Assembly: GCA_021734945.1 (NCBI GenBank)
Contig: JAIPIA010000001.1
Location: forward strand, 244,415-308,414
From: Minisyncoccota bacterium
GTDB lineage: Bacteria > Patescibacteriota > Minisyncoccia > Phycocordibacterales > CAIZLB01
DNA: 64,000 nt
Direction: 5' to 3'
Part shown: positions 57,791 through 64,000 of the stretch, piece by piece
Layout of the letters: every line of letters begins with the position of its first letter
How positions within the stretch are numbered: position 1 is the stretch's first letter
Translations under genes and position numbers: made by a program
Notes under the pieces: generated by a model
Database searches by the model: none
The model's input: only the letters and a program-made list of their open reading frames with translations
Told to the model about the DNA's origin: nothing

Positions 57791-58468
57791 CTATTTTATT
57801 GGTTTTCCTGCTGCCTCCCATCTTTCTCTCGTAGATGCTAGCAATGTCTCAATTTCAGCACGTTTTATTGCTATCTCCGGAGTGTTTCTTGCCCAAAATC
57901 TTTTAAATTGAGGATTAGTCAACGCAGTATATAAAAGTGGAATTGCATCTATAAGTGCACCAGTTTCAATTTTCTCATATGCTTTCTTTAATTTAGATTC
58001 GATAACTGCTTCTACTTTTTCCTTTGGACTTTGTAACTCAAGCATAGATTCAAGCTTCTTTATAGCCTCTTCATAAGTTAAAAATATAGAAGCAGAATGA
58101 ACTTTTCCAGATGAACCTCTCATACTCAATTCAGCTCTATTTCTTTCAGCAGTAAGAAAATCCAATGATTCACGAATTAATTCTAATCTAGCACGACCCT
58201 TAACTTTATTAATTTCAGACATCATAGACCCAACAAGTTCTTCTGCCTGTTCAACTAACTCCGCCTTCATTGAATTTACAATTTCACCAGAAATCAAAGT
58301 TGCTCGCCCCATCTCACTTCGTTTGTCAGCTGACTCAGGAGCAGCTACATCTCCTAACTCAATAGAATCAACAGACTCAGCAGATTCAGCAGATTCGACC
58401 TCTGCAGGAAGTGAATCCATTTCAGGTTCCGTATTGTCTGACGATGACATTGGTCCTGATTCTTTCAT
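57791..58468 (-). CDS. Orphan helical hypothetical protein
   Basis: 225-aa ORF with acidic N-terminus; TACTAT 7 nt upstream. Confidence 0.6.
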   Translation of the reverse strand: MKESGPMSSSDNTEPEMDSLPAEVESAESAESVDSIELGDVAAPESADKRSEMGRATLISGEIVNSMKAELVEQAEELVGSMMSEINKVKGRARLELIRESLDFLTAERNRAELSMRGSSGKVHSASIFLTYEEAIKKLESMLELQSPKEKVEAVIESKLKKAYEKIETGALIDAIPLLYTALTNPQFKRFWARNTPEIAIKRAEIETLLASTRERWEAAGKPIK

Positions 58469-58642
58469 ATGTTGAATAGTAACATAAAAATTTTAGATGA
58501 GATTTAATTGACACTACCCAACAAATAGGCTAATTTGTCGGAGTTCTTTCACATGTGTTAATTTGCCATATATTTCGTTGCACAACAAGCAATACAATAG
58601 GTACATAAACACTCAAACTTTCACCCCGAACCCATTTTCACT

Positions 58643-59059
58643 ATGCTAGAAGTTGAATATGCTCACGTACGTAGATGTCTTACTACGGGATGTTGGGTTG
58701 TTTCCGATTCAGAACACGAAGAAGTATTCCACGAATTCGCTACAGGCATTATGACTGGAGTTGATTTCGATGGAAATACAATTCCAATCAGAGATTTAGG
58801 AGAAGACACTTCCGGTGAAGCAATTGGCGATCTGTCTGCGTATACTGTTAAGGAATTTGAAGCAGACCCTAAAAAGTCCGCATTCTCTTTTCCTGAAGAT
58901 GTTATGTACAAGGCATTTGTAAGGTACTCAAGTGGTCGTGGCTGTTTTATGGCCAAAGAGAATATCACGAGCATTGCCTACCAGGTGACATCATGTGATT
59001 ACTTGCTGCTTATGCCAGATGGAACAGCATATTGTGGCTGGCGTCAAAAACCAAGCTAA
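58643..59059 (+). CDS. Orphan hypothetical protein (138 aa)
   Basis: Promoter TTGACA-17-TAATTT upstream; terminator at about 59094-59135. Confidence 0.55.
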   Translation: MLEVEYAHVRRCLTTGCWVVSDSEHEEVFHEFATGIMTGVDFDGNTIPIRDLGEDTSGEAIGDLSAYTVKEFEADPKKSAFSFPEDVMYKAFVRYSSGRGCFMAKENITSIAYQVTSCDYLLLMPDGTAYCGWRQKPS

Positions 59060-59167
59060 AAAAGCTAACGCTGAATGGAAGAAAGTTTCTTCTCCGCACT
59101 CTCAAGTTCAAATCTTGTTGTGCGGTTTTTTTTGTTTTAAATTTATTACGATAAAAAATTACTAAAA

Positions 59168-60766
59168 CTAAATACTGAAATTCTTTATAGAATACAAATC
59201 TTCATCTTCTTTTGCGTCAGAAGGAGTCGAATCATCTACTGGAGATAAATTATTAGCAGGAGTACTAAATGAGCCAGTTACCCCATTATCTTCATCAGTT
59301 CCATTCACAATTTCATGTTCCATCTGCATAGCCGCACTATGTGAATTCGCAGACGGCTCAAGGTGCGCAACCATACCATTTTCACCAAAACTGTTTATAC
59401 CAAATTCGCTAGGTTCGATTTCAGTATGAACTAATTTTATAATATCCGTATCACCAGCATTTTGACTTGCCATCTCACCCATATTATTTAGAGAACTTGC
59501 AATAGAACTCAACGCACTAAAATTCTGACTTACTTTTTCATTTGTATCAATGTCAACAATGTTTCCATTTAGTACATCTCTCGCCTCAGAGTGAGTCGTT
59601 GTAGTGGTTGTTGTAGATGTCTGTGTATTTCCTGGAACATATTCAGGCATACTATTAAAAAGAGGTTTAAGCACTTCAGGAATACCTTGAGAATTTACGA
59701 CAGCAGAACCTGAACCATCACGTCGCTCCAACATATCAAGCAAGTGACGTAGGTCCTGATTACTAAAGAAATCAATAACCACCTTACCTCCCTGCTCTCG
59801 CTTTTCAATCATCACACGAGTACCTAGAGCTTGATTAAGTTTTGTTTCAAATTCACGAATCTCAGGATCAGGAGTATTTGCGTCCTTCTTTCGAGTCCTC
59901 TCTACAGCTACACGACGAGCTATACTTTCTGCTTCACGCACTGTTATTTTTTTGAATACAATTTCTTTAAAAAGAGTTTCTTGTTCCTCGGGTCGGTCAA
60001 CAAGCATAAGAAGAGGTCGTGTATGACCCTCACTGATACGCTTTTCAGAAAGTGCAGTAAGCATATGTTCAGGAAGAGACAAAAGTCGAATACTGTTAGT
60101 AACATATTCACGACTCTTACCCATTTTTTCCGCGATCTGTACGTGTTTAAGACCAAACTCATCAGCTAAACGTTGGAATGAACGTGCTCGATCCACAGCA
60201 TTGAGATCTTCTCGCTGAAGGTTTTCAATGATAGCAAGCTCAAGTTTTACACGAGCATCTTCTTCACCAGCACGGATAATAACAGGAACCTGTATAAGTC
60301 CTGCAAGCTTTGATGCACGTAGTCTTCGTTCTCCAGAAATAAGTTCATACTGAACAACAAGACCACCATCTTCCTTGATAATTTCTCGTCGAGTAACGAC
60401 AAGTGGCTGGAGCAATCCATACATACGAATAGATTCTGACAGATCCTTGAGTGCATGAGGATCAAATTCTCTTCGAGGTTGATATGGATTTGGAACAATT
60501 TTTTCTACCTCGATCCAAAAAATTGAGTTGTTAAAATACTGTGAGCCTGTTTTTGGTAACGGAACACTAGAACCAGCTTGATTTGATACCGTTGCGGTGA
60601 CTGCTTCTGGAGAAGATGAAGATAAAGATAAAGATGGCTCAATTGGTGTAGTCGACATAGCTGCTGTATTGAAAGCTATTGCTGCGCTTGTCATATCACT
60701 CTGTATGTTAGTTGATGTATGTGGTGTCGTCGGGTGTGTAGAATTGTTCGGTGTAATTGGTTCCAT
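59168..60766 (-). CDS. parB: ParB/Spo0J partition protein with long disordered termini
   Basis: PNPYQPR, GLLQPL, LISGERRLRA, IENLQREDL, HTH, ISEGH. Confidence 0.92.
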   Translation of the reverse strand: MEPITPNNSTHPTTPHTSTNIQSDMTSAAIAFNTAAMSTTPIEPSLSLSSSSPEAVTATVSNQAGSSVPLPKTGSQYFNNSIFWIEVEKIVPNPYQPRREFDPHALKDLSESIRMYGLLQPLVVTRREIIKEDGGLVVQYELISGERRLRASKLAGLIQVPVIIRAGEEDARVKLELAIIENLQREDLNAVDRARSFQRLADEFGLKHVQIAEKMGKSREYVTNSIRLLSLPEHMLTALSEKRISEGHTRPLLMLVDRPEEQETLFKEIVFKKITVREAESIARRVAVERTRKKDANTPDPEIREFETKLNQALGTRVMIEKREQGGKVVIDFFSNQDLRHLLDMLERRDGSGSAVVNSQGIPEVLKPLFNSMPEYVPGNTQTSTTTTTTTHSEARDVLNGNIVDIDTNEKVSQNFSALSSIASSLNNMGEMASQNAGDTDIIKLVHTEIEPSEFGINSFGENGMVAHLEPSANSHSAAMQMEHEIVNGTDEDNGVTGSFSTPANNLSPVDDSTPSDAKEDEDLYSIKNFSI

Positions 60767-60940
60767 AATGTGCTGATTTTACCACATTAAACTATTTCAA
60801 GGGTGTTGATAATTCAATTTTAAGACACAAAATGATATTAGAAAATAGTATTTAATAAGTGCAAAATTTTTCCAGTACAAAACCGGCAGGAGGGGTTAAT
60901 TCCTCGTGCCGGTTGTTTGTTGAAGTACTGACTTGTGAAT

Positions 60941-61099
60941 CTAGGACTTCAACTTGAGAGTTATCGCCAATGCAAGCATCAGCAAGATCAGCATTGCGTA
61001 CAAAGCTTTGGGATGTTCGATCGCCCAAGTTTCAGCAACAAGTAGCGCCTTACGGATTCTGTATTCTGCACTATCTTTTCTCCTTCTGTTCATGTTCAT
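60941..61099 (-). CDS. Small single-TM protein (52 aa), below the ORF-track cutoff
   Basis: GAGGA SD; MNMNRRRKDSAEYRIRKALLVAETWAIEHPKALYAMLILLMLALAITLKLKS; terminator at about 60879-60918. Confidence 0.55.
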   Translation of the reverse strand: MNMNRRRKDSAEYRIRKALLVAETWAIEHPKALYAMLILLMLALAITLKLKS

Positions 61100-61348
61100 G
61101 ATTTGGTCCTCTGTTTGTTACTGGATTCAGTTTGGCTGTTGGTTTTACTTTGGTTGAAAAGGTTCAAATTTATCGTGAAAATTTTATCCATACTACCCCT
61201 TATTTGGGGCAGATAAATTAATCTTCATATTTAATATCATAACACATTTATGTCTATTTTGCAAGTTTATAATTTTGAGCTAATATAGACGCACAAAACG
61301 TTTTTTTAGGATATTTTACCTAGTAAATAGTACAGTTTTGTACAAAAT

Positions 61349-61431
61349 GCCGGAGTGACGAAATGGTAAACGTACTCGACTCAAAATCGAGCGCTCGCAA
61401 GGGCTTGTGGGTTCAAGTCCCACCTCCGGCA
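61349..61431 (+). tRNA. tRNA-Leu (CAA)
   Basis: GCCGGAG acceptor stem, CTCGA CTCAAAA TCGAG anticodon arm, long variable arm with GCAA loop, GGTTCAAGTCC; CCA not encoded. Confidence 0.96.
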
Positions 61432-61433
61432 CA

Positions 61434-62069
61434 ATGCAAATTGGAAAATTAATTATTGCGCGTCATCATGAGTCTGATTGGAATGAAATGGGTCTCTGGA
61501 CAGGAAAAAGAGATCGGCATCTTACTGAATATGGATTTGCAAAGTCTCTCGAAATGGGATTGCTCCTAAAAGATATTCCAATTGATCGCGCTTTTGCATC
61601 TATGCAAGTTCGTTCCATTGAAACACTTTCATGTATGCTTGATGCATTAGAATTATATTCAGTTCCTACTGATCACACTTCATCACTCAGTGAGCGGGAT
61701 TATGGAGATTATACAGGTAAGGATAAATGGGAGATGAAGAAACAGCTTGGAGAAGATGGCTGGAATACTGTTAGACGAGACTGGGATTGTCCAGTACCAA
61801 ATGGAGAAACTCTCAAGATGGTTTACGCCAGAGCTGTTCCCTATTTCTTGGAAAATATTTTGCCTGAACTCAAAAAAGGAAAGAATGTACTGCTTGTATC
61901 TCACGGTAATGTTATTCGAGCCCTTCAAAAATATATTGAGAATATTTCAGCTAGTAATATTAAAAATGTAGAAATGCTTTTTGGTGGAATACTTATTTAC
62001 ACCCTCGATCAAGAGGGTCACATGGTTGAAAAAGAAACACGACATGTAAACTCGCGTGTTAATGCATAA
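61434..62069 (+). CDS. gpmA: 2,3-bisphosphoglycerate-dependent phosphoglycerate mutase
   Basis: ARHHES.WN...WTG, L.ERDYG.YTG, RR.W, GETL, VSHGN..R. True start is ATG 61434; the ORF-track start lies inside the tRNA. Confidence 0.85.
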   Translation: MQIGKLIIARHHESDWNEMGLWTGKRDRHLTEYGFAKSLEMGLLLKDIPIDRAFASMQVRSIETLSCMLDALELYSVPTDHTSSLSERDYGDYTGKDKWEMKKQLGEDGWNTVRRDWDCPVPNGETLKMVYARAVPYFLENILPELKKGKNVLLVSHGNVIRALQKYIENISASNIKNVEMLFGGILIYTLDQEGHMVEKETRHVNSRVNA

Positions 62070-62071
62070 AT

Positions 62072-63073
62072 ATGACTCAAAGTACCAGTAAATCCCTCCC
62101 TAAACTCATAGTAGTCCTCGGCCCTACAGCTGTTGGCAAAAGTGACATGGCTGTGGAGATTGCATTAGCTATTGCTGAGGTAAGTAAAAATAAAAAAGTA
62201 GACGGCCTAGCGTCACAATCATCTAAGATAGCGAAATCTCAAATTGTTAAAGCAGAAATTATTTCAGCTGACTCAAGGCAAATTTATACAGGTTTAAATA
62301 TTGGTGCAGGAAAAATTACAAAAAAAGAAATGAGGGGTATTCCCCATCATTGTCTTGATATTGTTTCTCCAAAGCGAAGTAAACAATTTTCAGTAGCAGA
62401 ATTTCAACAACATGCAAATAAAGCAATCGCTGAGATTATTGAACGTGGAAATATTCCGATTTTATGTGGAGGAACTGGATTTTACATTAATGCAATAGTA
62501 GATGGAATAGTACTACCGGAAGTAAAGACCAACCTTGCACTTCGTAAAAGACTTGAAACATATGCAACTAAAAAACTTATCAATATACTTTCAAAATTGG
62601 ATCAACATCGTCTAAACGAAATTGATAAAAACAATAGAGTGCGTCTCATCCGATCTATTGAGATAGCAGATGAACTTGGGAGTGTTCCTAAACTAATAAA
62701 ACAAAAAAAGTTTGATACTTTGCTTATAGGGCTCGATATTGAAAAAGAAAAACTTATGGACAAAGTTCATACACGTGCTATTAAACGCCTAAAACAAGGT
62801 ATGGTTGCTGAAGCCAAAAATCTTCACGCGAGTGGGGTTTCTTGGAAAAGAATGAAGCAACTAGGTCTTGAATACGGACTTCTTGCAGATTTTTTACAAA
62901 GTAAAATTACTCGAGCAGAGTTTGTAGAAAGGCTTCTCATAGAAACGTGGCAATACGCCAAACGCCAACGAACTTGGTTTTATAAAAAAGAAGGAGTACA
63001 GTGGTTTGATCCTACGTCCCCTGCTGATATTAAGAAAATTTTGAAGTTATCTTTAGATTTTGTGCAAAACTAA
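62072..63073 (+). CDS. miaA: tRNA dimethylallyltransferase
   Basis: GPTAVGKS, IISADSRQIY, PHH.LD, GGTGFY, YAKRQRTWF. Confidence 0.95.
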   Translation: MTQSTSKSLPKLIVVLGPTAVGKSDMAVEIALAIAEVSKNKKVDGLASQSSKIAKSQIVKAEIISADSRQIYTGLNIGAGKITKKEMRGIPHHCLDIVSPKRSKQFSVAEFQQHANKAIAEIIERGNIPILCGGTGFYINAIVDGIVLPEVKTNLALRKRLETYATKKLINILSKLDQHRLNEIDKNNRVRLIRSIEIADELGSVPKLIKQKKFDTLLIGLDIEKEKLMDKVHTRAIKRLKQGMVAEAKNLHASGVSWKRMKQLGLEYGLLADFLQSKITRAEFVERLLIETWQYAKRQRTWFYKKEGVQWFDPTSPADIKKILKLSLDFVQN

Positions 63074-63149
63074 ATTGAGTTTTATTATTATATTTATTGC
63101 TGGCTGGTATGAAATCGCATTGTGTATGTTTGTGTTATTATAAAAACAT

Positions 63150-64000
63150 ATGGAAAAAACAAACGAAAACATTACAAATATTGAAAACCTCAAAGATACA
63201 CAAAATATTTTCGATTCCCTCAAATCAAATTTTAAAGGAGATATTGATACCACAGATGCGTCACTGAAAACATACTCAAACGATGCCAGTCTCTTTGAAA
63301 TTCGCCCGCGTGTGATTGTTTTCCCAAAAGACTCTACTGACATCAAAGCTCTCGTAAAATGGGTTAATGAAAATAAAGAAAAAGACCCTACCCTATCTAT
63401 TACTGCTCGCTCTGCGGGTACAGATATGTCAGGTGCTGCTATTGGTAGTTCTATTATCGTAGATTTTACTCGATATATGAATGTGATTGTACAAGTTGAA
63501 TCAGAGTTCGCTATTGTTCAGCCGGGTTGTTACTATCGAGATTTTGATGCTGCTACACAAAAGATTAATCGCTTCATGCCTGCATACACAGCTTCACGAG
63601 AGATTAACGCCGTAGGTGGAATGGTTGGAAACAACAGTGGTGGAGAAAAAGCTATCAAGTACGGCAAGACTGAGAATTTTATAAACTCACTCAAAGTGAT
63701 TCTTTCTGATGGCGAAGAATATGAAATCAAGTCGCTTACAAAAGCTGAACTTGAACAAAAGATTGCCGGAGGTGCTGGATTTGAAACAGAATTATATAAA
63801 AAACTGTACGCTCTCATTACAGAAAATTATGATGAGATAATGAAAGCAAAGCCAGCTGTATCAAAAAATTCTGCGGGCTACTATTTGTGGAATGTATACA
63901 ATAGAGAAGCTGGTACATTTGATCTATGCCAACTTATCGTCGGCTCACAAGGCACGCTTGGTATTGTAAGTGAAATTAATTTTAGAATTGTTCCTACACA
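63150..64000 (+). CDS. FAD-binding oxidoreductase (GlcD/D-lactate dehydrogenase family), runs off the window end
   Basis: Manual translation: YSNDAS...P..IVFPK, ITARSAGTDMSG, GGMVGNNSGG...KYG, GSQGTLGIV. Confidence 0.85.
   Translation, partial: MEKTNENITNIENLKDTQNIFDSLKSNFKGDIDTTDASLKTYSNDASLFEIRPRVIVFPKDSTDIKALVKWVNENKEKDPTLSITARSAGTDMSGAAIGSSIIVDFTRYMNVIVQVESEFAIVQPGCYYRDFDAATQKINRFMPAYTASREINAVGGMVGNNSGGEKAIKYGKTENFINSLKVILSDGEEYEIKSLTKAELEQKIAGGAGFETELYKKLYALITENYDEIMKAKPAVSKNSAGYYLWNVYNREAGTFDLCQLIVGSQGTLGIVSEINFRIVPT

Noticed and set aside
58370-58400. 9-bp tandem repeat (ESAESAES)
   Set aside because: Short in-frame low-complexity repeat; no evidence of phase variation.
59168-61340. 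parS site or replication origin near parB
   Set aside because: No TGTTTCACGTGAAACA-like palindrome, DnaA-box cluster, parA or dnaA seen.
1-64000. Numerous 60-180 aa ORFs overlapping long genes (e.g. 654-1037, 15146-15580, 27407-27949, 39988-40524, 54258-54803, 56405-56950)
   Set aside because: Antisense or alternate-frame shadows of well-supported genes, with no motifs of their own.
1-64000. Alternative genetic code (TGA = Gly, as in Gracilibacteria/Absconditabacteria)
   Set aside because: Conserved genes translate full length under code 11 with no internal TGA.

Overview
AT-rich bacterial chromosomal segment. Gene content and style point to Patescibacteria/CPR, most likely Parcubacteria (inference): a sigma4 + HARE-HTH protein, an ECF sigma factor with a DUF5667-like partner, dprA-topA, and few biosynthetic genes. 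The backbone carries leuS, ychF, a divergent zwf, two mltG, nrdAB, a ddl-like gene, uvrC/def/uvrA/adk/uvrB, tgt, a D,D-carboxypeptidase, an ftsQ-like gene, serS, dprA, topA, parB, gpmA, miaA, tRNA-Ala(TGC) and tRNA-Leu(CAA). Single orphan genes with their own promoters and terminators are scattered between these. Highlights: (1) several standalone promoter-structured RNA-terminator units in long intergenic gaps (about 390 nt at 32.8-33.2 kb, about 460 nt at 1.8-2.25 kb, plus 22.1-22.3 and 49.95-50.3 kb) that match no RNA family I recognise; (2) two tandem structured units regenerating the tRNA-Ala 3' end, leading into a low-GC type III R-M pair; (3) a 547-aa Ser1/Thr+1 LAGLIDADG intein with an embedded XRE-like HTH, inserted in the UvrB Walker A motif; (4) an NrdB with class Ic (Mn/Fe) signature residues and DnaA boxes upstream of nrdA; (5) tandem sensor kinases with an atypical H-box and a 62-bp identical tract; (6) core genes with a -10 box only 6-9 nt before the ATG. 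All structures and motifs were read by eye; no database search or folding program was run.
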